Positions 1 to 10,163 of a stretch of DNA of 64,000 nt are shown in pieces. How positions within the stretch are numbered: the stretch's first letter is position 1; each line of letters starts with the position of its first letter. The stretch is from Steroidobacteraceae bacterium. GTDB taxonomy: Bacteria; Pseudomonadota; Gammaproteobacteria; Steroidobacterales; Steroidobacteraceae. Location of the stretch: the NCBI GenBank assembly GCA_035495635.1, contig DATJFN010000055.1, positions 539 through 64,538 of the forward strand, written 5' to 3'. Position numbers and translations under genes: made by a program. The notes under the pieces are model-generated. The model worked only from the letters and a program-made list of their open reading frames with translations, made no database searches and had not been told where the DNA came from.

Positions 1-3000
1 GATTCAGCATGATGTCCATGGAGCGGTCCGGCGTCCGCACCTGCACGGTCCCGAGCACCGCGTCCCAGTGACGCACGACTGCATCGAGCGAAGCATCGAT
101 GTCGGCGGCACGGTAACGTGAGACGAGCGCCCGCATTTCGCGCTCGGTCGCGGCCTGGCCGAGCAGAAAGACGATTTCCGTCGCGCCTCCCGGTTCGATT
201 TCGACCTGCGCCTGCAGCGCGCCGCAGCTGTCGAATCCGGCACCGACTCGCCCGGACAGCGGGGCGCTTCCTGCCAATGCGAGGGGATTCGCCAGCGTGC
301 CGTTGCGGCCGAGGAACTCGCGCCGGTCGGTGGTCCAGGCAGCCTGCTGCCCACCGAGGTCGGCAAACGCGATGCGGGAACCAAATCCGACGTTCCAGGG
401 ATTACGCGCGAGCAGCGCGCCGGTTTCAGGATCGACCGCCGTCACGATCGACGGCGCCGAAGCCGCACGCGACGAGCCCAGCACCCATTCGACATAGGCC
501 GTAACCGACAGACGCCGGACCTCCTCCGACGTGTTCCGGATCGTGAGTCGCGAAACCTTGATCGGGTCGTCGAGCGGCACGAACTGCAGGAGTTCGAGCG
601 AAACGCCATTCGCCGCATGCTCGAACCGGCTGTATCCCTGGCCGTGCGTCGCGACATACGGCGACGTCTCGTTGCGAACCGGCAGCGCGGTCGCGCCCCA
701 CAGCTGGCCCGTGTCTTCGTCACGCACGTAGAGGGTTTCACCGGTCCGATCGGCGACCGGATCGTTCGACCAGGGCGTGATCTGGTTGTCGCGGCTGTTC
801 TCCGACCAGGTGTATCCGCTGCCCTCGACCGCGGCCTGGAATCCGAAGCTGCGATTGGCGACAACATTGATCCAGGGGGCGGGCGTCGACCTCCCGGCAT
901 CGAATGTCGTCACGTACTCACGGCCATCCCGCGCAAATCCCCCGAGTCCATTGAAGTACTCGAGCTCAGGCAGCGTCGTAGTCGGCTGCCGTTGCGCTTC
1001 CGTGGAAGGCGGACGCGGCGGAGGCGGCGCACCGCCGGCGTAAGGTTCCCTGACGTGATCGAGCTGTTCCGCCACGGTGCCGCGGCCCGCGACCAGCACG
1101 ACCCTCGCAACCGAGAGGAGCCGCGCCCGCGTTTCTTGCGAAATGAGGTCCGACCTCAGCACGAACACGGAGCCGCGCGTGGCATCCGCGCCAATTCGCG
1201 GACGCGACTGGCTGGAGCGGACCTGGGTCTCGAGGGCGACCTGCAGGTCCTGGATGTACGAAGCGGCGCGTTCGTTCAGGACCACGAGATCGACGGCGAG
1301 CAGTTTCATGCGCCAGTACTCGTGTGCGGCGAGCAGCTGGCGGACGATGCCGATCTCTTCGATGTCGTGGATTCGCACCAGGACGATCGGCAGGTCTCCG
1401 GATATGCCGTGCGCCCACAACTCCGCCGGCCCGCCGCCACCGCGACGAATGGTCTCCGACGACGGCCGCAGCGACGAATCGGCGTAAACGAGGTGCCCCG
1501 CGAGGCGCTGGTACAGGCTGGCGTCCTCTGCCCCGACCGCGAGGTATCCCAGCTGCACCTGTGCCTGGGTCCAGGCCAGCGTGGCGGCGCGGTCGAAGGC
1601 CGACGTGTCCCGGTGCTTGTCGACGAGGTCCAGCACGCCTTCACGCGAGGATGCGACCATCGTCCAGAATGCGATGTGCACCGTCCGGCCTGCCGGAATT
1701 CGCACGCGCCGGCGCAGCGCAAATATCGGGTCGAGTACCGTGCCGACAGTATTGGACAGTGGCCGGCCGTCCATGACCGCGACCGGCATGCGGATGGATC
1801 TGCCCCGGCCGAGGAAGCGCGCGCGGTCGGTTTCGACCTGCGGCCCGGCGATTTCCTCGCCCTCGAGCACCGCAAGGTGCGCCGCCCAGATTTCCGGCTC
1901 GCTCCCTGAGCGACGTCGCCGCGTAGCGAGGATGGCACCGGTCTTCGCGTCGAATTCAGTCTGCACGAACAGCTTCGAGAATGCCGCGTGCGCGGCATCG
2001 GCGCCCGGCGGCGCGAGCACCAGCTCGGCATAGGACGTGAACTCGATCTCGCGATCCCGGCCGCCCGAATTCGTGACCGAGACCCGCCGAACCTCCGCGT
2101 CGTATTCCGGCGACACGAGGATCTCGAGCGTCGTCGTCATCGTGCCGTCGCGCCGGAAGAACTCGGCGCGGTCCTCGGTGAAGGTGACCCGGTAGCTCTC
2201 CGGCTCGACACCGCTCGGCTGGAATGCCGCCGACCAAACGTCGCCGCTTTGCGCATCGCGCAGGAATATGTACGTGCCCCAGTCGTCGCGCGTGGGATCC
2301 TCGCGCCAGCGCGTAACGGCGAGGTCTCCCCAACGGCTGTAACCCGAGCCCGCGGCCGTCAGAACGACCGCGTAGCGGTAATTCGAAAGCAGGTGCGTCT
2401 CCGGCGCGGCACCGTGCGGCGAGCGGACACGCCGAACGGCGGGGGTCTCCACCGTGTGCACGGCGGCCGTCGTCCTGACTTCGTCTACCCGCGGATGCGC
2501 GACCGCGACGTTGCGTGGCGTGCGTTCCTGCAGAAGCAGCTCGGTCGCACGCACCATCGGCTCGGCGTGAAAGCGCGCCCGCATCGCACCGTCGAGAAGC
2601 GCATTGGCGATTGCCACGATCGTCATGCCCTGGTGGTGCGCCATGTGGGCGCGCACGACGGCGACTTCTTCGCCTTCCGGCAGGCGGGCGCGCGTGAAGT
2701 CGAGAGCCTCGTAGAAACCGTACCGTCCGCGCCCGCCGATAGCCTCGAGACGCGAGAAATTTGCGGCGGCCGCGTGCGGATCGACCATGGCGGCAAGTGC
2801 CGTCGCATAGGGCGCGACGACGGCGTTCCCGCCGAGGCCGCGCTTGAGGCCGAGCCCGGGGACCCCGAAGTTCGAGTACTGATAGGTGAACTCCAGGTCG
2901 CGGACATTGTAGGCGGACTCCGAGATTCCCCAGGGCACGCCGAGCTCGGCGCCGTAGCGGACCTGCCTGCGCACGACGAGGCGATTGGTCCGCTCGAGCA

Positions 3001-6000
3001 GGCTGCCGGAGGGCGCGCGCATGACGAGCGACGGCATCAGGTACTCGAACATCGAGCCGGACCAGGAGATCAGTGCGACGCCGCGGCCGAGCGGCGTGAC
3101 GGCGCGCCCGAGCCTGAACCAGTGCCTTGAAGGGAGATCGCCCTTGGCGATCGCGATGAAGCTCGCGAGCCGCGCTTCGGATGCAAGCAGGTCGTAGCAG
3201 CCGGAGTCGAGCCGGTCCTCGGAAGCCCGGTAGCCGATGGACAGCAGCTTGAGCTCGGGCTCGAATAGGAACCCGAATTCCATCGCGTCCGCCATGTCGC
3301 GCGCGCGGGTCGCCAGCTCCGCGAGGCGCCGCTGCAGCTCATGCGACGCTTCCTCACCCTGGGAGAAATCGCGAAAGTGGCTCTCCACCGCGCGCAGCGC
3401 CGCTTGGGCCCAGAACTGCATTTCTGCGCCCCCGTCGTCGCCGCGCTCGCCGGCGAGCGCGCGCGCGACGTCGACCAGCGTCGCGGCGAGCGGCCTGATC
3501 TGCAGGAGGCGCGCGGCCACAGGCACGGCTCCCGGGTCATCCGCGCGCAGTGCAGCAGCCAGCGCGGCGAGCGCGTCGTTCACCTGGCTCCGCGTGATCG
3601 TCTGGGTCCGGCGATCATCGGACAGCGCCAGCGCGGCTTCCCTGCAAAGGTCCAGGCTGTCTTCGATCCCGGCTAGCACCGTGCGGACCGCCACGGGACC
3701 GCGCATCCACTCGCCGCACGCGTTGGCGAGTGCGATCAGGTGTCCGGCCAGGTTGCCGCTGTCCACGGATGAAACGTACCGCGGCTCCAGCGGGCGCAGG
3801 TCGCCGGTGTCGTACCAATTGAAGAAATGGCCCCGGTACTGCTTCAGCCCCCGCATCGTCGTCAGCGTTGCTTCGAGCCGTTCGACCGTGTCGATGGTCC
3901 CGGCCCAGCCGAAATCGCGCGCACTCGCCGCGGAAAGCAGGTAGACGCCGACGTTGGTCGGCGAGGTCCGGGACGCGACGATCGCCTTCGGGTCCTCCTG
4001 GAAGTTGTCGGGCGGAAGCATGTGATGCGCCGCGGTCACGAACGTCTCGAAGTAGCGCCAGGTACGCCGTGCGACCAGGCGCAGGGCGCGCGCATCTTCG
4101 GGCGTCACGGTGACGCGGCCCGCGACCGGCGGCGACCGGCTGACCCACCGCGCGACGGCGGGCGATGCGAGCCAGGCCAGTACGAACGGCAATGCGACCG
4201 GCCACGCACCGTGGCCCGACCACCCGACTGCGACCGCCGCGGCCACCGAGATAGCGACTGCCGAAATCATGTGCCGGTAGCTGCCGAGAATGCCGGGAAG
4301 CCGCCGCGTCGTGAGCTGCGCGGCCGTCACCCAGTCGAGCAGGTGCCGGCGGCTGACGACCAGGCGATACAACGTGCGACCGATCGCATCGACCATCAGC
4401 CATGCCTGGTGCGGCAGGAAAACGCACGTCAACACAATCCGCGAGACGGCGAGTCTGAAATCCTCGCCGAGCGCGCGAAAATGGCTGCTCGTGCTGATGC
4501 GAGCCTGGCGCGGCACCGCGGCGGCGAGTACGGGCAAGATCATGGGCAACGCGATCGTCGACACGATGAAGGACGTCCAGATGAGCGCCCCATGCAGGTG
4601 TAGCGTCCAACCTGCGACGAGCGCGGCGGCGCCCATGGTCGGCGAGAGCGACCGCCGCAAGTTATCCAGCATCTTCCAGCGGCCGATCGACGGCACTTGC
4701 CGGCCGAGGATCCACGGCAACAATTGCCAGTCCCCGCGTACCCAGCGGTGCAGGCGAGCCGCAGCCGTGTCATAGCGCGACGAAAATTCCTCGACGACCT
4801 CGATGTCCGATACGAGGCCTGCGCGCGCAAAAGTGCCTTCGAAGAGGTCGTGACTCAGCAGGGTGCCTTCACGTACCCGGCCATGGAGCGAAGACTGGAA
4901 GACGTCGACGTCGTAAATACCCTTGCCCGTGAAGGAGCCTTCGCCGAACAGGTCCTGGTACACGTCGGACGCGGCCGCGGCGTAGGGATCGATGCCGCCG
5001 AGGCCGGAAAAGACGCGCTGGTAGAGCGATCCTTCGGAGCCGATCGGCAACGAGGGCGTCACTCGCGGCTGCAGGATCCCGTATCCCTCGACCACGCGGC
5101 GACTGACAGAATCGAACCGCGCCCGGTTGAGCGGGTGAGCCATCTTGCCGATCAGGCGGCGCGCGGCATCGCGCGGCAGGCGCGTATCGGCGTCGAGCGT
5201 GATGACGTAACGGACGCCGGCCGGCGGGACGGACGTCAACCCTTCGCCGGCAACGAAAGTCGTGTCGGTTGCACCGCGCAGAAGCCGATTCAACTCCTCG
5301 AGCTTGCCGCGCTTGCGCTCCCACCCGATCCAGCGCTGCTGGTCCTCGCTCCAGACGCGCCGACGATGGAACAGCAGGAACCGGTCGCCGGCGCCCGCCG
5401 GCCCGTATTTCCGGTTCAGGCGCGCAATGCCCGTGACCGCCGCTTCGAGGAGCTCCCGGTCACCTTCGACCTCCTGCGCAGGCGCATCCGTCCAATCGGA
5501 CAGCAGTGCGAAATGGATCTCGCGGTCCGGATCACCGAGGTGGAGGATTTCCAGGTTCTCGACCTGCTCCTCGATCGACTCGTGCGTGGTCAGCAAGGTC
5601 GGCACGACCACGATCGTGCGCAGCTGCGGAGGAATGCCGTCGCGCAGGGCGAGGCCCGGGAGTATCGTCGCGCCGTATCCGCGCGTCACGGCGCTGTTGA
5701 CGAGAGCAAGCGCTGCGTCGATCGCCGGAATCAGGCCGAGCGCGGCGAAGGCTCCGATCCAGGCACGGCCGATGCCAGTGCCCGCCAGCATGACGAGCGG
5801 CAGGGCGAGAATGATTGCGGCGATGACGAAGACCGCGCCGACGTAGCCGCCGAGGCCCATTGCGGCGCCCAGCCGCTCGCGCCAGGTATGGAGTGGCGCC
5901 CGAAATCCGATCCTCGCCTCGAACTTGCGGCGCCCGCCGGCGATCAGCCAATACCCGGGATCCCGCGTTCGTTGGCCAGGATCGTCATCCAGAGGCGCCT

Positions 6001-7078
6001 CGCTTGCGGCCGCGAGCGCCGCATCCACGATCGCTTGCTCCGAAAGCTTCGAACCGCGCGCCAGCTCCTCGATCGCATTGCGGTAGGCATTGCGCGTCGG
6101 AAAATCCATCTCGGCGAATCGGCTGCCGCGACGCAGCGAGTCATCGATCAGGCTGACGCTCTCGACCAGCGCCGCCCAGTCCACCTCGGAGATCAGGCGC
6201 ATGCTGGTGATGACGTTGCGCACCGTCACGTTCGTGGCGCCCTGCCGCTGATGCTCCTCCTGCACGATCTGGTCGACCGTGGCGCCCTGTTTCGCCAGCC
6301 GGCCCTCCAGCCATTCCAGGGCCGGTGTCACCTTGGGATCCTGGTCGCGCAGGCGCTGCACGAGTTGCACGGCAAAGGACACGGATAGCGGCGACCGGTC
6401 GTGCCGCCGCAGCATCGCGGCGATCTGCTCCTGGCTCGCGGCCGCTCCCAGCAGGCGGTCCGCGAGCCTGTCCGCTTCGCGGCGCGCGATACGGCTGGCG
6501 ACGATCCGCCGCGACGCGCGGCGAAGGTTCTCCACCAGCACGATTCGCAGCGTGATCGCGATGGCCCAGAGCTCGCCGATCGCCAGCGGCTGGACCTGCT
6601 GGTACGCACGCACGAAGCGTCGCAGCATGCCCGGATCGAAGCGGCTGTCCGTATGCGCCACGAAGGCCCAAGCCACCCCGAACACCCGTGGGAATCCGGC
6701 GAACGGCCCGGCGGAGAGCTTCGGTAGCTGCCGGTAGTAACCGGCCGGCAGGTCGTTGCGGATCTCGCGGATCTGCTGTTCGACGAGGGGAAAATTGTCG
6801 AACAGCCATTCCGCGGACGCCGTGAGGGTGCGACCCTTGGCGACCGCCCGCGCGATCGCTCGATTGGAGGCGAGCAGAACCGACGCGTTTTCCTCCAGAC
6901 GGGCCGCGAGTGATCGCCCGCGTGCCCGGCCCACGGTGACGGGCTGCGCCTCCGCAAGGCTCTTCGCGTGCTGTTCCAGTCTCTCGGCGCTGAAGAGCTC
7001 CTCGCGGATGGGCTCTTCGCTATTCCACGGCGCAGCCCGCGACCCGTAGCGCTGGTTGAACGCCGTGCGGAGTGACAT
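1..7078 (-). CDS. ndvB: cyclic beta-1,2-glucan synthase (NdvB/ChvB/Cgs type), first 2359 codons; 3' end lies beyond the left window edge
   Basis: Not in the ORF track because there is no stop inside the window. Hand translation from ATG 7078..7076 gives MSLRTAFNQRYGSRAAPWNSEEPIREELFSAERLEQHAKSLAEAQ...AEWLFDNFPLVEQQIREIRNDLPAGYYRQLPKLSAGPFAGFPRVFGVAWAFVAHTDSRFD, the conserved Ndv/Chv N-terminus. The same frame at the left edge reads ...VLGTVQVRTPDRSMDIMLN (GH94-like). An in-frame alternative ATG exists at 7105. Confidence 0.85.
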   Translation of the reverse strand, partial: MSLRTAFNQRYGSRAAPWNSEEPIREELFSAERLEQHAKSLAEAQPVTVGRARGRSLAARLEENASVLLASNRAIARAVAKGRTLTASAEWLFDNFPLVEQQIREIRNDLPAGYYRQLPKLSAGPFAGFPRVFGVAWAFVAHTDSRFDPGMLRRFVRAYQQVQPLAIGELWAIAITLRIVLVENLRRASRRIVASRIARREADRLADRLLGAAASQEQIAAMLRRHDRSPLSVSFAVQLVQRLRDQDPKVTPALEWLEGRLAKQGATVDQIVQEEHQRQGATNVTVRNVITSMRLISEVDWAALVESVSLIDDSLRRGSRFAEMDFPTRNAYRNAIEELARGSKLSEQAIVDAALAAASEAPLDDDPGQRTRDPGYWLIAGGRRKFEARIGFRAPLHTWRERLGAAMGLGGYVGAVFVIAAIILALPLVMLAGTGIGRAWIGAFAALGLIPAIDAALALVNSAVTRGYGATILPGLALRDGIPPQLRTIVVVPTLLTTHESIEEQVENLEILHLGDPDREIHFALLSDWTDAPAQEVEGDRELLEAAVTGIARLNRKYGPAGAGDRFLLFHRRRVWSEDQQRWIGWERKRGKLEELNRLLRGATDTTFVAGEGLTSVPPAGVRYVITLDADTRLPRDAARRLIGKMAHPLNRARFDSVSRRVVEGYGILQPRVTPSLPIGSEGSLYQRVFSGLGGIDPYAAAASDVYQDLFGEGSFTGKGIYDVDVFQSSLHGRVREGTLLSHDLFEGTFARAGLVSDIEVVEEFSSRYDTAAARLHRWVRGDWQLLPWILGRQVPSIGRWKMLDNLRRSLSPTMGAAALVAGWTLHLHGALIWTSFIVSTIALPMILPVLAAAVPRQARISTSSHFRALGEDFRLAVSRIVLTCVFLPHQAWLMVDAIGRTLYRLVVSRRHLLDWVTAAQLTTRRLPGILGSYRHMISAVAISVAAAVAVGWSGHGAWPVALPFVLAWLASPAVARWVSRSPPVAGRVTVTPEDARALRLVARRTWRYFETFVTAAHHMLPPDNFQEDPKAIVASRTSPTNVGVYLLSAASARDFGWAGTIDTVERLEATLTTMRGLKQYRGHFFNWYDTGDLRPLEPRYVSSVDSGNLAGHLIALANACGEWMRGPVAVRTVLAGIEDSLDLCREAALALSDDRRTQTITRSQVNDALAALAAALRADDPGAVPVAARLLQIRPLAATLVDVARALAGERGDDGGAEMQFWAQAALRAVESHFRDFSQGEEASHELQRRLAELATRARDMADAMEFGFLFEPELKLLSIGYRASEDRLDSGCYDLLASEARLASFIAIAKGDLPSRHWFRLGRAVTPLGRGVALISWSGSMFEYLMPSLVMRAPSGSLLERTNRLVVRRQVRYGAELGVPWGISESAYNVRDLEFTYQYSNFGVPGLGLKRGLGGNAVVAPYATALAAMVDPHAAAANFSRLEAIGGRGRYGFYEALDFTRARLPEGEEVAVVRAHMAHHQGMTIVAIANALLDGAMRARFHAEPMVRATELLLQERTPRNVAVAHPRVDEVRTTAAVHTVETPAVRRVRSPHGAAPETHLLSNYRYAVVLTAAGSGYSRWGDLAVTRWREDPTRDDWGTYIFLRDAQSGDVWSAAFQPSGVEPESYRVTFTEDRAEFFRRDGTMTTTLEILVSPEYDAEVRRVSVTNSGGRDREIEFTSYAELVLAPPGADAAHAAFSKLFVQTEFDAKTGAILATRRRRSGSEPEIWAAHLAVLEGEEIAGPQVETDRARFLGRGRSIRMPVAVMDGRPLSNTVGTVLDPIFALRRRVRIPAGRTVHIAFWTMVASSREGVLDLVDKHRDTSAFDRAATLAWTQAQVQLGYLAVGAEDASLYQRLAGHLVYADSSLRPSSETIRRGGGGPAELWAHGISGDLPIVLVRIHDIEEIGIVRQLLAAHEYWRMKLLAVDLVVLNERAASYIQDLQVALETQVRSSQSRPRIGADATRGSVFVLRSDLISQETRARLLSVARVVLVAGRGTVAEQLDHVREPYAGGAPPPPRPPSTEAQRQPTTTLPELEYFNGLGGFARDGREYVTTFDAGRSTPAPWINVVANRSFGFQAAVEGSGYTWSENSRDNQITPWSNDPVADRTGETLYVRDEDTGQLWGATALPVRNETSPYVATHGQGYSRFEHAANGVSLELLQFVPLDDPIKVSRLTIRNTSEEVRRLSVTAYVEWVLGSSRAASAPSIVTAVDPETGALLARNPWNVGFGSRIAFADLGGQQAAWTTDRREFLGRNGTLANPLALAGSAPLSGRVGAGFDSCGALQAQVEIEPGGATEIVFLLGQAATEREMRALVSRYRAADIDASLDAVVRHWDAVLGTVQVRTPDRSMDIMLN

Positions 7079-7103
7079 GATCCTTTGAGTATAAGGGCAT
7101 GCC

Positions 7104-7817
7104 ATGGCGACCGAGCTGCTGTTCCGCGACGACGCCTACATGAAAACAGCCACCGCGCGCGTCCTCGCCGTGCGCGACGGCAAGGTCGAGCTCGACCGCA
7201 CGATCTTCTATCCGCTCGGCGGCGGCCAGCCGGGCGACACGGGCTTCCTCGTCCGCGATAACGGCGAGCGCATCGCGATCGCCGACACGCGCAAGGGCGA
7301 CGCCCCCGGCGTCGTCGCGCATCACCTCGCCGCGGGCGCGGTGCTGCCGGAGGTTGGCGAGGCCATCAGCCTCGAGATCGACTGGGACCGACGCTACGCG
7401 CTCATGCGCCTGCACACGGCGCTGCACGTGATGTCCTGCGTGGTCGTCGCGCCGGTGACGGGCGGCAACATCGCGCCGGACAAGGCCCGGCTCGACTTCG
7501 ATATCGACATGGCGCTGCTCGACGCCGGCAAGATCGCCGCAGGCACGAACGAGCTCATCGACCGCGCCGTCGCGACCGAGAGCGTCTGGATCACGGACGA
7601 GGAGCTCGACGCGCGGCCGGAGCTCGTCAAGACGATGAGCGTGCAGCCGCCGCGCGGCCAGGGGCGCATCCGCCTGCTGCGGATTCCAGGGATCGACCTG
7701 CAGCCCTGCGGCGGCACCCACGTCGCCAACATCGCCGAGATCGGCGGCATCCAGGTCGTGCGCATCCGGAACGAGGGCAAGCGCAACAAGCGTGTGGAAA
7801 TCACGCTCACAGGCTAG
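7104..7817 (+). CDS. alaX: alanyl-tRNA editing protein, AlaX-M type (Thr/Ala-tRNA synthetase second additional domain)
   Basis: 237 aa ORF. Zinc motifs HTALHVM (HxxxH) and CGGTH (CxxxH) are typical of AlaRS/AlaX editing domains. AAGGG lies upstream of the ATG. Confidence 0.85.
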   Translation: MATELLFRDDAYMKTATARVLAVRDGKVELDRTIFYPLGGGQPGDTGFLVRDNGERIAIADTRKGDAPGVVAHHLAAGAVLPEVGEAISLEIDWDRRYALMRLHTALHVMSCVVVAPVTGGNIAPDKARLDFDIDMALLDAGKIAAGTNELIDRAVATESVWITDEELDARPELVKTMSVQPPRGQGRIRLLRIPGIDLQPCGGTHVANIAEIGGIQVVRIRNEGKRNKRVEITLTG

Positions 7818-7852
7818 ACTACGCGCCCTTTTTTTCGCCCCGGGAGACGGCC

Positions 7853-8563
7853 ATGCGACGGATCGTGAAGCTGACGGGACTGGCGTCGGGACTCCTGGCC
7901 GCCAGCGCGGCGACGGCGGCCGACTGGTCGGGCAAGGGCACGCTCGGCGGCGTGCTCGCACGCGGCAACACCGAGACCGAGACGTTCAACGCGAACCTCG
8001 ACGTCGCGACCACGGTCGACCGCTGGACGCACAAGTTCGGCGCCTCGATCCTGCACACGGTCAATGACAACGTCACCTCCGCGGACCGCTGGGAGGCGCG
8101 CGCCGAGACCAACTACGCGCTGACCGAGCGCAGCTACCTGTTCGGCACTTTCCGTTACGAGGACGACGCCTTCACGGACTTCTCCTACCAGGCGACGCTC
8201 GCGGGCGGCTACGGCTACAAGTTCATCATGACCGAGGCCACGAAGCTCGACGGCCAGCTCGGCGTCGGCTATCGCAAGGCGGAGCTCCAGCTCACCGGCG
8301 AGTCGCAGGACAACGCAATACTGCGTGGCGCGTTGAACTTCGAGCACAAGCTCACGGCCACGACCCTCGTTTACGACCGGTTCCTCGTCGAGGCCGGCGA
8401 AGACAACACCTACCTGCAGAACGCGCTCGGCCTCGAGGTGAAGATCAACGAGACCTTCGCGCTCGGGCTCGACTACCAGGTCCGGCACAACACCGACGTG
8501 CTGCCAGGGACCGAGGAGACGGACCAGCTCCTTACCGCCAACCTGGTCTACGGCTTCAAGTAA
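7853..8563 (+). CDS. DUF481-family outer-membrane beta-barrel protein
   Basis: 236 aa. Signal peptide ...LAASAATAADW. Alternating beta-strand pattern with C-terminal ...ANLVYGF(K), YdiY/DUF481-like. GGGAGA SD. Confidence 0.75.
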   Translation: MRRIVKLTGLASGLLAASAATAADWSGKGTLGGVLARGNTETETFNANLDVATTVDRWTHKFGASILHTVNDNVTSADRWEARAETNYALTERSYLFGTFRYEDDAFTDFSYQATLAGGYGYKFIMTEATKLDGQLGVGYRKAELQLTGESQDNAILRGALNFEHKLTATTLVYDRFLVEAGEDNTYLQNALGLEVKINETFALGLDYQVRHNTDVLPGTEETDQLLTANLVYGFK

Positions 8564-8581
8564 AGGGGACGCGCCCCTTTA
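8561..8581. repeat. REP-like palindrome copy (TAAAGGGGACGCGCCCCTTTA) between convergent genes
   Basis: 7 bp stem AAAGGGG/CCCCTTT with loop ACGCG. Its first TAA is the stop codon of the DUF481 gene. The convergent sulfotransferase gene stops 5 nt after it. Confidence 0.9.
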
Positions 8582-8585
8582 AAGT

Positions 8586-10163
8586 TCAGTCGATGACGAC
8601 GCCGTTGTGCGCGAGCAGTCGCGCCAACGGCGCCAGCTCCTGGCGGTAATTCCGCCACAGGTCGAGCGAATCGCGATAGATCGGCCGGCGTACCTGCGCC
8701 GCGCTCGCCGTCGATGTCGCAGCCGGGTTCTCATGGAAGCGCAGGCACTCCTCGCGCCATTCGAGGCCGCAATGCGCGAGCAGCCGGCGCGTCGCGCCTT
8801 CCTGGTCCTCGACGATCGCCTCGTAGTCGAGGTCGAGGAAACGCCCCGGCAGCAGCGCGCGCCAGTAGTTCATCAACCGCTGGTAGGCCAGGTAATAGCT
8901 GCCGAGGTCGCCCAAGTTGTACGAGAACGGGTAGCGCGTCCGGAACAGCGTCTTGAACATCGCGTAGCAGGACGCCATCGGGTGGCGCCGCAGATGCACG
9001 ATCCGCGCGCGCGGCAGCGCCTTCGCGATCAGGCCGAGGTAGCGGTAGTTCAGCGGCGTGCGATCGACGACGAACGCGCGCGTGTGGCCGTAGCCCTGGA
9101 TCGCGGTCCAGTACGACTTCCCGAGCGCCGCGGGGTCGACGCGAGCCGCCGCCTTGATGAGGTCGTCCGGGCTCGCCGCGGGACCCGCGGTGCGCGCGAC
9201 GGCAAGCTGGAGGTCGTTGACCTCGCCGACCGATGCGACCTGCTCGTGGCGGACCAGGATGCGCTCGACGAGCGTCGCGCCGCTTCTCGGCAGGCCCACG
9301 ATGAAGATCGGTCCCTCGACGTCATGCCCCGGACCCGCGGAGTCGAACCAGTCGCGGTCGAAGCAGCGGATGATGGTGGCGATCGACTGCTCATCGGTCT
9401 CGACGCGATAGGAAAGCGCCTTGCGGCGCGCCGCCGCGCCCATCGCAAGCGCCTCGAACGATTCCGCGTATTCGCCGAGGTCCTCGAGCTCCTTTGCGAG
9501 CGCGTAGTAGAGGGCGACGGGCGCAGCGCCAGGCGAGCGTCCCGCGAGCGCGATCTTGAGCGCCGCGACGTGATTGCGCTCCGGCGTCTGGCGGCGGAGT
9601 GCCGCGCGGTTGTACCAGGCATCCGCGTCGTCCGGCGCGCGCGTGATGAGCTCGTCGAGGAGCGCCTCCGCCTCGTCCATGCGGCCGATCGCGATCAGCG
9701 CACTCGCCTTGGTGTGCGCAGCCGGCGCGTCGTAGGGTTTCAGCGTCGCGACGCGGATCGCGCAGGTCGCCGCCTGCGCGTGCTGGTTGAGGTGGGTGTG
9801 GAATTCCGCGAGACGGCGCCAGGTGCCGCTGTCCGCGCCCGCGGCGCTTTCGATCGCCGTGAGCTCGGCCCGCGCGCCCGCGATGTCGCCAGCGTGCATG
9901 CGCGCCTCGATCTCCGCGAAGCGCGCGACGCTGCTTGTCGGGTCGAGCGCCAGCGCGCGGCGCGCCGTGTCGAGCATCCCGCGATAGTCGCCGGACATCT
10001 GGTGAATGCGCGCGGCGAGGAGCCAGCCCTCGACGCGCTCCGGTTCGCGCATCAGCAGCGCGTCGCAGAGCGTCCGCGCCTCGTCGATCTGGCGCCGCTG
10101 CAACAATCCGTCGATGCGGCGGATCTCGGCCGCCGCATTGGCTCCGTCCCTGGAATCCGTCAC
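8586..10163 (-). CDS. TPR-repeat sulfotransferase family protein
   Basis: This is the C-terminal 525 aa of track ORF 8586..11516. It has TPR-like repeats followed by a sulfotransferase core, with a PAPS 5'-phosphosulfate loop GLPRSGATLVERIL. Proposed start is GTG 10163..10161, which overlaps the MATE stop (GTGA). The upstream part of the track ORF is an out-of-frame shadow of the MATE gene. Confidence 0.8.
   Translation of the reverse strand: MTDSRDGANAAAEIRRIDGLLQRRQIDEARTLCDALLMREPERVEGWLLAARIHQMSGDYRGMLDTARRALALDPTSSVARFAEIEARMHAGDIAGARAELTAIESAAGADSGTWRRLAEFHTHLNQHAQAATCAIRVATLKPYDAPAAHTKASALIAIGRMDEAEALLDELITRAPDDADAWYNRAALRRQTPERNHVAALKIALAGRSPGAAPVALYYALAKELEDLGEYAESFEALAMGAAARRKALSYRVETDEQSIATIIRCFDRDWFDSAGPGHDVEGPIFIVGLPRSGATLVERILVRHEQVASVGEVNDLQLAVARTAGPAASPDDLIKAAARVDPAALGKSYWTAIQGYGHTRAFVVDRTPLNYRYLGLIAKALPRARIVHLRRHPMASCYAMFKTLFRTRYPFSYNLGDLGSYYLAYQRLMNYWRALLPGRFLDLDYEAIVEDQEGATRRLLAHCGLEWREECLRFHENPAATSTASAAQVRRPIYRDSLDLWRNYRQELAPLARLLAHNGVVID

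Noticed and set aside
617-6388. Long + strand ORFs 617..1909 (430 aa), 1988..3130 (380 aa), 3237..3944, 3827..4603 and 4697..6388 (563 aa).
   Set aside because: Their products are Arg/Asp/His/Gly-rich with no recognisable motifs. They lie antisense to a continuous - strand frame that translates into a clear NdvB/ChvB protein. These are typical open antisense frames of high-GC coding DNA.
7103-7105. The upstream in-frame ATG (7105) as the ndvB start, overlapping the alaX ATG.
   Set aside because: N-terminal similarity to NdvB/ChvB begins right at the ATG at 7078. The 9 extra residues (MACPYTQRI) have no support. I kept it only as an alternative.
7815-7840. Possible decayed REP halves: ACGCGCCCTTTTTTT after the alaX stop, and AAAGGCGCGTCAAA at 63935..63950.
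   Set aside because: Only one arm is recognisable, so these are too diverged to count as copies. I mention them only as possible remnants.
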